Source: Malacoraja senta
Taxonomy: Eukaryota
Assembly: GCA_038087875.1 (NCBI GenBank)
Contig: CM075986.1
Location: 14,632,001 to 14,696,000 of the forward strand
Direction: 5' to 3'
DNA length: 64,000 nt
The notes beneath the pieces are model-generated. The model was not told the DNA's origin, did no database searches, and worked only from the letters and a program-made list of their open reading frames with translations. Below are positions 1 through 10,600 of this stretch, piece by piece. The position numbers and the translations under genes were made by a program. The number at the start of each line of letters is the position of its first letter. Position 1 is the first letter of the stretch.

Positions 1-116
1 TGCAGATATTGGAATCCTGAGCAAAATGGTAAAGTGTTGGACAACTCAGTGGGTCAGGCAGCATCTCTGGAGGACGTGGAAAGGTGGCATTTGGGGTCGG
101 GTCCCTCCTTCAGACA
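1..116 (-). mobile_element. Penelope-terminus-derived short element, degenerate hammerhead motif
   Basis: aactcagtgggtcaggcagcatctctggagg...ccttcagac, the same family as the termini of the GIY-YIG elements at 33.6 and 56 kb. Confidence 0.7.
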
Positions 117-959
117 GGCAGGGTCTCGGTTTAACACCTCATCAAAGAGATAGCACTTCGGACCGAGAGACCCATCTGACACACTTCATCCCTCAACCCA
201 AGCCACAAGGTTAGAGCAGCTGAACCAATGCACACCTGTCTCTGGAGCCGGACTCAAACAAAAAAAACCACTCCCTGACAGCGAAGTAAGAGTCTTACCC
301 CTTTGAACTGTGTGAGAGTTGAGGCCAGGATTTGATTTTGTGTGAACATGTGGAATCATCTCAGTGAATGTTGAAGAAGCAAGCTTGCACAAAATGGAGA
401 TGAAGGCCACAAGAACCTCAGCGTCCTAACTTATTCTTCATTGGCAATACCAGCCAACTATTGTTTGAACAGAGTATTTGAGAAATAAAAGCTGGATTGA
501 TTAGTAACACGTAAGAGGGCAAGAATTGACATCAAAATCACTTCCCCATTGAAACTCTTTTAATTATTGATCAACAAATGATTTGTGTGGAGAAAACGAT
601 TGAGTGCTGATGCCCCCGCCCCCCCCCCCCCCCCCCAACTTTGAAATGGATACAGCATCTATGAGAAAAATAAGAAAGGTCATAAAAGCTTACTGGATTC
701 ACAATAGAAAGAATTCCCATTGGAAAGGCAGGGTGTTCAGTCCGATGCCTGTTTAATCATTGATCAACTTAATGAGCAGGCTTATCTTGTACTGTGCAGA
801 GGCCTCTCTCTGTTGAACAGAAGCTGTAAATTTTAACTCCATCAAGGGAACGTCAAAGTAGGTGCTTTTAGTGGCCAGCCAATAAAGGGAAGAGACAGTG
901 GTGCTGTCAGTAATTTCGAATAATGATACAAAGGAAATCATTTTGATTCCTTTCACGTG

Positions 960-1365
960 TTCACCATGAGATGAGGATGTTGCCAGGACTCGAGGGCCAG
1001 AGCTACAGGGAGCGGTTGAGCAGGCTAGGACTCTATTCATTGGAGAGCGGATGAGGGTTATTCTTACAAAAATGAACAAAATCATGAGAGGAAACTTACA
1101 GAGTAGGGGAATCGAGAAACAGAGGGCATAGGTTTACAGTGAGGTGGAAAGATATAATAACAACCTGAGGGGTATATGGAACGAGCTGCCGGAGGAGGTA
1201 GGTGAGGTAAGTACTATCGCAACATTTAATAAACATTTAGGCAGGTATATGGATATACAGGTTTAGAGGGGTATGGTCCAAACGCAGGCAGGTGTGACGA
1301 GTGTAGATGGGACATGTTGGTCGGTGTGGGTAAGTTGGGCCTGTTCCATGTTGTATGACTCTATG
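960..1365 (+). mobile_element. CR1 LINE 3' fragment (HER1-like)
   Basis: Decayed [12 protein letters not shown]...WNELPEEV coding remnant followed by a gggcctgtt tail. Confidence 0.8.
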
Positions 1366-1399
1366 AGACTACATGACAAAGGAGAAAAAATTGGCCTTT

Positions 1400-1925
1400 G
1401 CCAGCACTGGAGTTTAGAAGAATGAGTGGGGACCTCATTGAACTGTGCAGATTAGTGAAAGGCTTGGATAGAGTGGATGTGGAGAGGATGTTTCCACTAG
1501 AGGGAGAGTCTAGGACTAGAGGTCATAGCCTCAAAATTAAAGGATGTTCTTTTAGGCAGATAAGGAGGTATTTCTTTAGTCAGAGGGTGGTGAATTGTGG
1601 AATTCTTTGCCACAGCAGGCTGTGGAAGCCAAGTTAGTGGATATATTTAAGGCAGAGATAGATAGATTCTTGATTAGTACAGGTGTCAGAGGTTATGGGG
1701 AGAAGGCAGGAAAATGGGGTTAGGAGGGAGAGATAGATCAGCCATGATTGAATGGCGGAGTAGACTTGATGGGCCAAATGGTCTAATTCTGCTCCTATCA
1801 CTTATGACCTATGAACTTTCCTCCCACCGAGTCTATTCGATCATGGCTGATCTATTCTTTCCTCTCCAACCAATAGTCCTGCCTTCTCCCGTACCTTTGA
1901 CACCCTTCCTAATCAAGAAACCATT
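1400..1925 (+). mobile_element. CR1 LINE 3' fragment with short inverted 3' piece
   Basis: ORF 1398-1637 LEFRRMSGDLIE...ESRTRGHSLKIKG; 1820-1920 is the reverse complement of its 3' UTR. Confidence 0.85.
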
Positions 1926-2140
1926 CTGATAATTAATTATGTTAAAATATAAGCTGAACATCTGAAATGAAAAAATATATTGTGGATCCCAAATGACCTA
2001 ACTTATGGAAATATTACTTTTGCAAATATTTGCATACATTTCTAAAGCATTTTTAGATTCTGATTCTGATAGGAGGCCTTAAAAGAGCTGCTTTTAAGGC
2101 CTCCTAGTGCATGGCGCAACTTGGAAGCTGTAATGGTGGA

Positions 2141-2322
2141 AACAAGGAACTGCAGATGCTGGTTTACAGAAAAAAGACACAAAGTACTGGAGTAACTCAG
2201 CAGGTCAGGCAGCATCTATGGAAAACTTGGATAGGTGATGTGTCCAGAAATAACGCCTATCTGTGTTCTCCAGAGATGCTGCCTGACCCGCTGAGTTACT
2301 CCAGCACTTTGTGTCTTTCTTT
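2141..2322. mobile_element. Fold-back (inverted) Penelope-terminus element
   Basis: agacacaaagtactggagtaactcagcaggtcaggcagcatct is inverted relative to agatgctgcctgacccgctgagttactccagcactttgtgtct. Confidence 0.8.
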
Positions 2323-2784
2323 AAGCTGTAAGGGTAACTAGTTTGATATGGGCCTGGAGTGGCAGCCTCATTTCGGCACAAAACTGAAGGAAAAGTCTGT
2401 GGAAACAAAATGAGCACATTAACATGCTCGGGTTTGAGTGTGATGTAAATTTCTTACCATTTCATTTGCGTTACTCACATTGCCAATTTATACTGATTGA
2501 GCTCACCAGGGTCCTTACTGGCCGGCGAATACTGTGATCTTCAACAAGTTTCAGGCGAATTGACCCAGAGATACAGCAGCACCCATTACAATCTCCAGGC
2601 CAATACGCCTTAGGATGTTTGCCGACTTCAGCTCAGGTTGTGGAGATAGGACGATTGAGGGAGGTTGCTTCCTTATGTCACGTTACCCTCACACAGCCTG
2701 GTGGGAATGGGACATATTCCTGCTTTGCCTCAGACACTGAAGCTGGTGTCAGTAGATGATATTGTTGGTTTTAGCTTTGTGCAA

Positions 2785-3095
2785 GGGGCGCAACCGTGGC
2801 AGAGCTGGTAGAGTTGCTGCCTCGCAGCGCCACAGACCTGGGTTCAATCCTGACCTCGGGTGCTGTTTGTGTGGAGTTTGCAAGTTCAACCTGTGTGACT
2901 CGCATGGGTTTCCTCTGGGTGCTCTGGTTTCCTCCCACATCCCAAACGCGTGCATGTTTGTAGGTTAATTAGCCTCCCTAAAATACCCCTAGTTTGCAAA
3001 GAATGAGAAAACACAGAACTAGTGCGAATGGGTGATCTATGGTCAGCATGGAGTTGGTGGGCCGAAGGGCCTGTTTTCATGCTGTGCCCCTAACT
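2785..3095 (+). mobile_element. HE1-like V-SINE
   Basis: tRNA-like head (ggtagagttgctgcctc...ggttcaatcc), V-domain (ggtttcctcccacatcccaaa), CR1-type tail (gggccgaagggcctgttt). Confidence 0.85.
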
Positions 3096-3694
3096 AATTA
3101 CTGGCTGCATAATTAATTATAGTTGATAGTAATATGGGAGCGTAGTGTCTGTGGACTATTTGTTACTGCAGTTCAATCTTTTTCTGGGAAATGTCAGTTG
3201 ATGTTATAACTAATGCAGTTACAAGCAGTGTTTGCAGTTACATATACGAGTGATGAGGATGGTGTGGTGATAGTCCAAAGACGTACCCATTTGTAGGCCA
3301 AATAGCTTGGTATAAATGTAAATTGTCCCTAGTGTGCATAGGATAGTGGTAGTGTCCGGGAATTGCTGGTCGGTGCGGACTCAGTGGGCCGAAGGCCCTG
3401 TTTCTACGCTGTATCTCTGAACTAAACGAGTGGTTACCAGGCCAAGTACTCAACGATATTATGTAGTTTGATTACTGGGTGACTTGATCATTTACTAAAG
3501 TTAGTTTGATAACTCTACAATCGGCATTTCCTATAGTTAATCTGCCTAGCCTGAAAGTTGCTGCAAATAGTCCTACATGATGTTGGCAGTTGTACCATGC
3601 GAATAGTTACTGTTCCTACTTTGGTTACCAGTTGAGTCATCAGTTAATTTGAGTTTGGTTAAAGAGTTGTGTGATCAAATTCTATGATGAGCCT

Positions 3695-3980
3695 AGTTTA
3701 GTTTAGTTTGGACACTGAATGGAAACAAGTCCATTGGCCTGGCGAGTCCATGCCGACCACCAATCACCCATTCACACTAGTCCTATATTATCCCACTATC
3801 GCATCCACTCTCTACACACTGGGAGTAATTTACAAAAGCCAACAAACCTGCACGTCTGTGGGAGGAAGCCGGTGCACTCAGCGAGAACGTGCAAACACCA
3901 CAGAGACAGCACCCGAGGTCAGGATCGAATCTAGGGCTGTGAGACTGCAGCTCTACTTGCTGTGTCACTGTGCCGCCCTT
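3695..3980 (-). mobile_element. HE1-like V-SINE
   Basis: Reverse-complement SINE with (tttag)n tail and tRNA head. Confidence 0.8.
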
Positions 3981-4044
3981 ACTGGTTATTGAGCAGAGTG
4001 TCTGAATCCATCCTGATCTTGTGCTTTTCCATCAAACATCTTCT

Positions 4045-4292
4045 AAAGACTGCAACGACCAGGTTCAGGAACAGCTACTTCCCCACAGCCATCAGGCTAT
4101 TAAACCTGGCTCGGACATAACACTGAACTTTACTAGCCAATACTGTTATTTGCACTTTATCAGTATATTGACCATTGTGTATATATTTATAGAATGCCTT
4201 GTAGTAAATGCCTACTATGTTCTGTTGTGCTCAAGCAAAGCAAGAATTTCATTGTCCTACCAGGGACACATGACAATAAACTCACTTGACTT
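4045..4292 (+). mobile_element. Rex1/Babar LINE 3' end
   Basis: RFRNSYFPTAIRLLN remnant, then ...gacaataaactc(acttg)n tail. Confidence 0.7.
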
Positions 4293-4305
4293 AAATATTC
4301 TTTAT

Positions 4306-4633
4306 AGCCCTGTCACACGGTACGAGTTCATCCCAAGAGCTCTCCCGAGTTTCAAAAAAATCAAACTCGTGGTAAACACGGAGAATGAATGTAGCGGGTA
4401 TGTCGGAGCTCGGGGACGTCTCTTAGCGGCTCGTAACGCTAACGGCAGGTACTCGTGAAGACTCGCTAACGGCAGGTAAGCTCGGGAAGACTCGTGAAGA
4501 TTTTTCAACACGTTGAAAAATGTCCACGAGAGCCCCGAGTACCGACCAGCGGCCATTACCGTAAATCTCCGAGTTCGAATCAGGGCAAACTCGGGAGAGC
4601 TCTTGGAATGAACTCGTACCGTGGGACAGGGCT
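4306..4633. mobile_element. MITE with ~47-bp TIRs (PIF/Harbinger-like)
   Basis: agccctgtcacacggtacgagttcatcccaagagctctcccgagttt / aaactcgggagagctcttggaatgaactcgtaccgtgggacagggct; CpG-rich; internal palindrome atttttcaacacgttgaaaaat. Confidence 0.85.
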
Positions 4634-4636
4634 TTC

Positions 4637-5107
4637 TTTTTTTTTTTTTTTTTTTTTAATTTTTATTTATTAGAAGTACATTACATCACAGCCACATACA
4701 TTAATACTCGTCATTTATATCTTCTTACAATTAATGTACTCCCTTTATTTTTTTTTTTTACGCTAAAGAAAGAAAAGATTGAAAGAGAGAAGAAAGTGAA
4801 GGAAAAAGTGCAAGTGTAGAAAAGTGTAGAAAATGTAACAAAAAAAAAAAAAAAAAGGACGAGGACCCTATGAAAGCGAAATTAAAAACAAAAAAAAAAA
4901 AGAGTTAAGAAATAGGCCCTAAGAAAAGAAAAGAGAGAGAGAAAAAAAGAAAAACAAATGTTTTTTTTTTGAGCATCACGTAAATAGGACATACCAACTC
5001 TTCAACTATCATCCCCCCTTACCCGACCTCAATTTTTTATTTTTTTAAAGTACTTTTGCACCCTATGTTTGTAATAATTCTATAAATGCAGACCACGTCA
5101 GGTGGAA
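4637..5107 (-). mobile_element. 5'-truncated L1-type LINE 3' end with poly(A)
   Basis: 14-bp TSD gggacagggctttc at 4623-4636 and 5108-5121. Minus strand reads FHLTWSAFIELLQT* (fish L1 ORF2-like C-terminus), T-rich UTR, AATAAA and A-tail. Confidence 0.8.
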
Positions 5108-5185
5108 GGGACAGGGCTTTCACTCTGGAGAACTACAGCCAGTCTGTGGTTACTTTGGCTACACGCAGCATCAGTAGTTATTGCA

Positions 5186-5278
5186 GGTACACAAAAATGG
5201 TGGAGAAACTCAACGGGTGCAGCAGCATCTATGGAGCGAAGGAAATAGGCAACGTTTCGGGCCGAAACCCTTCTTCAG
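5186..5278 (-). mobile_element. ~90-bp Penelope-terminus insertion with intact hammerhead core
   Basis: Direct repeat tcagtagttattgcaggt at 5171-5188 and 5275-5292. Minus strand CTGAAGA-A-GGGT-TTCG-GCCC-GAAAC-GTT. Confidence 0.85.
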
Positions 5279-5391
5279 TAGTTATTGCAGGTTGCTTTGG
5301 TTAGTGCTGTTACCATGCAGTGTAACTAGTTACTACGGTTCAGTTGCTTTCTCTGTGGCGTAACCAGCAGTTCACTTTTCTGTTGCCCCAG

Positions 5392-5571
5392 GTGGTTTAT
5401 TCGTCTGGCCTGATAAGACACCCCTGAACTATTCAAACTGGCCTCCTGAATCCGAGAACATGGATTTAATGAGTCCGAACACTTGCCACTGGATCAAGAG
5501 TAACACGGGCATCTGGGGAATTGGCCCCTGTACCACCATCACACTGGGCATCGTCTGCAAGATGCCAAGAG
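5392..5571 (+). CDS. MRC2: C-type mannose receptor 2 (Endo180/uPARAP), internal exon encoding C-terminal half of CTLD8
   Basis: Acceptor ttttctgttgccccag|G, donor AG|gtaaga; 180 nt, phase 1-1. Translates (G)GLFVWPDKTPLNYSNWPPESENMDLMSPNTCHWIKSNTGIWGIGPCTTITLGIVCKMPR, matching remembered human MRC2 GGTLVWQDNTAVNYSNW...CYWIQSNSGLW...GVVCKLPR. Not in the ORF track. Confidence 0.93.
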
Positions 5572-5577
5572 GTAAGA

Positions 5578-5870
5578 GTACGGTGGCACAGTGGTAGAGT
5601 TGCTGTTTACAGCGCCAGAGACCTGACTTCGATCCATACCACGGGTGCTGTCCGTATGGAGTTTGCGCGTTCTCCCCGTGAATTGCATGGGTTTTCTCCG
5701 GGTGCTCTGGTTTCCTCACACATTGCAAAGACGTACAGGTCTGTAGGTTAATGTGGCTTCGATAAAATTGTAAATTGTCCTCAGTGTGTAGGAAAGTGAT
5801 AGTGTGCGAGGATCGCTGGTCTCGGTGAGCCGAAGGGCCTGTTTCCGCGCTACATCTTTAAATTAAACTA
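5578..5870 (+). mobile_element. HE1-like V-SINE
   Basis: cggtggcacagtggtagagttgctg head, V-domain, CR1 tail. Confidence 0.9.
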
Positions 5871-7229
5871 AGAAGTTAAAAGAAAATAAGTTTTTGAGAC
5901 AAAGAGAGTCTAGTGCAGCTCCAACTTGCTCTTGAACATGCATGGTCATGGGCTATGCCCCACCTGAAGTGTAATGTGTATGTTACCACTGATAAAGTTG
6001 ACAACCTCTCCCCTGTTTCCCTCTAATCAGAGTCATACTTAAGTATGGTACAAAAAGAGACCTTTCAGCCCCTTTTGTGGGGTCTATCCTACACACACTA
6101 GTTCCTGACTTCATCCAATGTTCACGTGGATGCCCTTCCCAGCAGGGACAGATGCATTATTCACAAAGACCATCATCTCTGGCGTGTTTTCATTTAGCCC
6201 CGCAACCATTTTGACACCTCACCCCCACCCACTGTGACATGACTCATGGGCACCACGGCTAATTGTCCTGCCATTCTCATGGTCCGACTCCTAGCCCAGG
6301 TCAGACCAGGGTTGCATCAGGACACGAGCTCTCAGCTACACCTCCAGTTTGAATTCCAATTTGGAATATTTTGGAGGACCAAGAAACCAACTGGTGACCA
6401 TGTTGGGGGCACTCGTTTGCTTGGGAACCTTCTACAAACTAACCACTCTGTTGTTTTCATGTACATTTTCTTTTCGGTTCCATTGAAGGTCACTTGTTTG
6501 GGAGAATAATCTAAGATTAGATCATGTGCGGACAGCAAAGACAACTTTAGCTGGAAGCACTTTGTTACAGAGACAAAACAATCTTTTTAAAGAAAATCCA
6601 GTTGTTTCCTGCTGTTCCCTTTTTCCCTGGGGAACACCTAGAGATCTACAGACAAACCTTGTTAGCCAATCTGAAGAGAAACCATTGCCCTCGGAATGAC
6701 CTCAGGAAGTACTTAACAGGAAATGTCCTTTCATTGACCCAAGCAAATCCCTATTTACAGCAGTCAGACTTTGTAATTTTTGAAGGCAAGCAGCTCCTTA
6801 TTAGAGGAAGTGTGATACTTGTAGCGTTCTCAACAGCCCTACTTAAGATGCGATGCTCTGTATTTAAATGGTATATCTGTCTAGCTTCCTCAGCGTAATG
6901 TTACTGATCTTACAACTGAGCTATCAAGATCAGCCCAGATACATTTGCAAACTGATTGACTCTAGGTCCCTGATTGTGTTAGAATAAACCACTGGACTGA
7001 AAGTCAAGGTCAAATGTGAGCCAGTCAGCGCTCTCTATTGACCACCAAAAACAAAGTGGGAACTTGCCTGTGAGCGACCCACTTCCAGCAGAGGGAGAGC
7101 TCCAAGTGCAGCAAAGCCAGCAATTCCCATTTGCCCAACCCAAAAATGCCCCACCACAACTTGTTCCCTACTTTTAAATAAACGGGTTATCAACCGTGTC
7201 ACGCTGCTCCCTCCTGCGTAGAACTTTGT

Positions 7230-7497
7230 CCCCTTACAGCGCCAGAGACCTGAGTTCGATCCTGACCACATGCTGACTTTACGGGGTTTGTACATTCTCC
7301 GTGACCTGCGTGGGTTTTCTCCAGGTGCTCCGGTTTCCTCCCACACTCCAAAGACGTACAGGATTGTCGGTAAATTTGTGAATTATCCCTAGTGCGTGCA
7401 GGATAGTGTTAGTGTGTGGGGATCGCTGGTCGGTGCGGACTTGGTGGACCAAAGGGCCTGTTTCCGCGTTCTATCTCTCAACTAAACTAAACTAAAC
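7230..7497 (+). mobile_element. HE1-like V-SINE (5' truncated)
   Basis: B-box gagttcgatcc, V-domain, (ctaaa)n tail. Confidence 0.85.
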
Positions 7498-7651
7498 TCC
7501 CTCGTGATCACTTTTACTGTAAAATTAGAACCTGTGCAGCGATCCTGTCCTTTTGATTTTGTGGGGATAATCTCAACAAACATCACAATCGGTTTATATT
7601 TTGATTGAAGTCATTCAGCGAGATATTAGCCAGGTAAGCTATTCACTATCA

Positions 7652-7865
7652 AAGCACAAAGTGCAGGAGTAACTCAGCATCTGTGGAGGGAATGGATAGA
7701 CAACGTTTCAGGCCAGGACCTCCTTCAGATAAAATGTTCTGAAGAAGGATCCCAACAAGAAACATCTCCTATCCATTCCTTCCACAGATGCTGCTGGACC
7801 CACTGACTTACTCCAACACTTTGTGTTTTGCTCAACATTCCTCTATCTGCTGTTCCGAGTGTCTC
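7652..7865. mobile_element. Fold-back Penelope-terminus element
   Basis: Inverted arms with two degenerate hammerhead motifs (ccttcagat on minus; tctgaagaagg on plus). Confidence 0.7.
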
Positions 7866-7980
7866 GAAGCTAATCACTATCACCTAGTTTATAAGAGTCA
7901 ACATGTACCACTGTATTTTAGCTGGGAACCAACTTGTTTAAATTAAGTTAATACATTATTTTTTAAATTTCTTCACACAG

Positions 7981-8007
7981 TCCAAGAAAGCAGCCTTGAT
8001 GTTTCCT
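7981..8007 (+). CDS. MRC2: MRC2 27-nt stalk micro-exon (V)QESSLDVS
   Basis: tttcttcacacag|TCCAAG...TTTCCT|gtaagt; phase 1-1; keeps the frame between flanking exons; similar to human AEQSSFSPS stalk. Confidence 0.8.
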
Positions 8008-8118
8008 GTAAGTAAAATTTCCCACGTATTTTTTTTTTTTCCTATTTGTTTCCATATGAACTCGATACTCAGTGTTTGGGCTTCATGTGCCTTAGCTTGT
8101 TCATGTTTGTTTCCGCAG

Positions 8119-8348
8119 CCAGCGTACAAGGCCGCACCTTAGACATCATCCTGTACCTGCTGGGTGCATTGGTACTGCTGGCAGTGGTGGTGGTCCTGGT
8201 GCTGCTGTACCGGCGGCGGGCCGCCACCGGCTCACAGCGAGGAGCATTCGAGAGCGCACGGTACAGCCGGACATCCTCGACGCCCAGCGAGTCCGTGGAG
8301 AAGAACATCCTGGTTTCGGACATGGAAATGAATGAACAGCAGGATTAA
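8119..8348 (+). CDS. MRC2: MRC2 terminal coding exon: transmembrane helix and cytoplasmic tail
   Basis: Acceptor ttgtttccgcag|CC. Encodes SVQGRTLDIILYLLGALVLLAVVVVLVLLYRRR...RGAFESARYSRTSSTPSESVEKNILVSDMEMNEQQD*, nearly identical to the human tail RGAFEGARYSRSSSSPTEATEKNILVSDMEMNEQQE. Confidence 0.96.
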
Positions 8349-9804
8349 TGCTGGGCCTCTCTTCATCCTCGAGCAGTGTTGGAAAGCACAGACTGGTGAT
8401 CGGCACAAAATACACAGAGTCCCATCACAGTAACACTTGGGATACAGTTGGCATTGCTTAATGGGGACATGCCTTTGTACGGTACTTATCCCAGGCACCC
8501 AATAATTTCCTGTGTGTGCGTGTATATTATATATAAATATATATTTACATCACACTGGTGAAATCTGCTTCGTGGGATAATCTGGAGAAGGAGGTAATTT
8601 GTATCTATTAGGGCACCCTAATAAACAAGCTTCAACTGTGTTATTGACCATGGCGCAAGAGTGTTTCTATGTAAAAGTGCATCATTCAAAGCATAAAATT
8701 GTCATGCACTGCACATGATGAGCTTTCCCTCAGTCTCTGCACGGTAAAAATGTTGGCTGCTGTGTTTTTCCCAGTCTGCGCTTTTGGCAGATGAAAATTG
8801 CGGAGTGTGTTTACACTGAGTTTATGACAGCTGGGCTGATCAACCTGGTCCTTGAAATAGTCCCCAGGGGCAACTGTTCATCTCCATGTAACTCCAACCC
8901 CCATGAAGCCTTGGAACTCTGTTGGCACAGTGCAGTACAGAAAATAAACAGACGTGACATTGGAAGAGCTTCAGAGATGGGGATGTGTGCTCGATTGAAA
9001 CAGAGTGGTTTGTAGCTCTTCTGGCCCCATCAGTTGTTGCACAGGTGACTCACATTTGAGATATGTTAAGGGTTTCACAGGATGGAAAGAGAACCTATTC
9101 TGATGGAAAGTACAGAGTAAGGCAGAAGTAAGTTTCAATCTCAGTGGTGATATCAGGAACCACAGCAGGAAAAATCTGGAACTCCCTGCCCACAGAAACT
9201 TCAGATCACAGGTCAATTGAAATATCAAAATTGGGATTGAAGACCTTTGATTGGAAAGGACATTAAGGGTTGCAGAATAAAATGGATACATGGTGTGAGA
9301 TTTAAATTAGGCTTATTCAAAGAGCAGAAGAGGGTTGAATGCTGAATGTTCCAATTCGTATTGAGTCCGGAATTGAAAATGCTATTTTTAAAAGATGGTT
9401 GAATATGATGGTCACCATGATTGTTCATGTGGGGGTAGATGAAATGAGTCAGAATAAGATACAGAGCGTGCCTGAGTTGGTAGATGTGGAAACATGTCTC
9501 CCAGATGTCTAGAGTGTTGTCCGTACTGCAAGGTGAGGGGATATGGAGGAGTGGTCTGTGAAGGATGGGCCCGCGTCTAATGACATTATCATGAGGTCTA
9601 CTGACTGTTTCTCCACTCATTAGATATTTATTGTGTCCATCTGGGTCAATGATTGCTCCATAGATCACACAGGTAGGGGTTTTAGTGGATGTAAAGCAGG
9701 GGAGATGGATTTTTATTCAGTATTAGGGGGTATTTTCATGAGTTTGTTAACCGAGGCAGGACGAGGAATCACTGTCCACAAATGGGAGAAGGAAATTAGA
9801 GATA

Positions 9805-9985
9805 TCGATCTGTCTTTTTCAAATCTTACATGCTCTGTGTACACTTCCATATCTCTACTCTCCCTCTCCCCTGACTCTTGGTCTGAAGAAGGGTCTTGAC
9901 CCAAAACATCACCCATTGCTTCTCTCCAGAGATGCTGCCTGTCCTGCTGAGTTACTCCAACATTTTGTGTCTATCTTTAGTTTAT
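9805..9985 (+). mobile_element. Penelope 3' terminus fragment with hammerhead-like motif
   Basis: Pyrimidine tract, then ggtctgaagaagggtcttgacccaaaacatcacc (GAAA mutated). Confidence 0.75.
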
Positions 9986-10299
9986 AGCTTGGCTGGTCTG
10001 GAGTTTATTGTAAGACTGGCAGGCAGGGACGGAGAGGGGGTAACAATTGCAATCAGGTGAAAAGGGGCAGATGTGGAAGATGGGAAGACAACATCAGAAA
10101 TATAATAATCCTGCAACAAGCAATTGAAAAAGTGAAGGTAGGGACTTGTATTTGCCCTCAATACTGTAAGGCAGAAGAAGTGATGAAAATAACTAGAAAC
10201 ATTGGGGAATTTTTAATAATTGAAGGTATTGAAACCATTGCAGGAACACAATTAGCTTCTAATGAGGTAAGAGGAATCCCCCAGTAGGGAAAATAAATG

Positions 10300-10600
10300 T
10301 TCCTGAATTTTAACTTCGAGCCATCCCATGGTAGGGTTATCAAAACAAGAGGGCATTGTTTTAAGATGAGAGATAGGAGTTTTAAAAGGGGATCTGAGGG
10401 ATGTTTTTTCACAAGAGGAATGTGCTGCCAGAAGATGAGGTGGAATCAGACACAATCACAATGTTTAAGAGGCATTCATTCAGACAGTTAAATAGGTAGT
10501 ACAGAAGTGTATGGTTCTAATGTGGGATTAGTGTAAGTGGGCAAAAAGGTCAGCATGGATGTGGTGGGCTGAAGGGCCTGTTTCTGTACTGTACGATTCT
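10300..10600 (+). mobile_element. CR1 3' fragment
   Basis: KTRGHCFKMR remnant and gggctgaagggcctgttt tail. Confidence 0.7.

Noticed and set aside
2785-2860. tRNA genes at SINE heads
   Set aside because: A/B boxes continue into the V-domain and CR1 tail; these are SINEs, not tRNAs.
5181-5363. Recurrent peptide VHKNAGETQRVQQHLWSEG in several ORFs as a gene family
   Set aside because: Antisense translation of the non-coding Penelope terminus.
8046-8118. N-terminal part of ORF 8046-8348 as coding sequence
   Set aside because: Lies in the 8008-8118 intron (GT..AG); similarity to MRC2 starts only at 8119.
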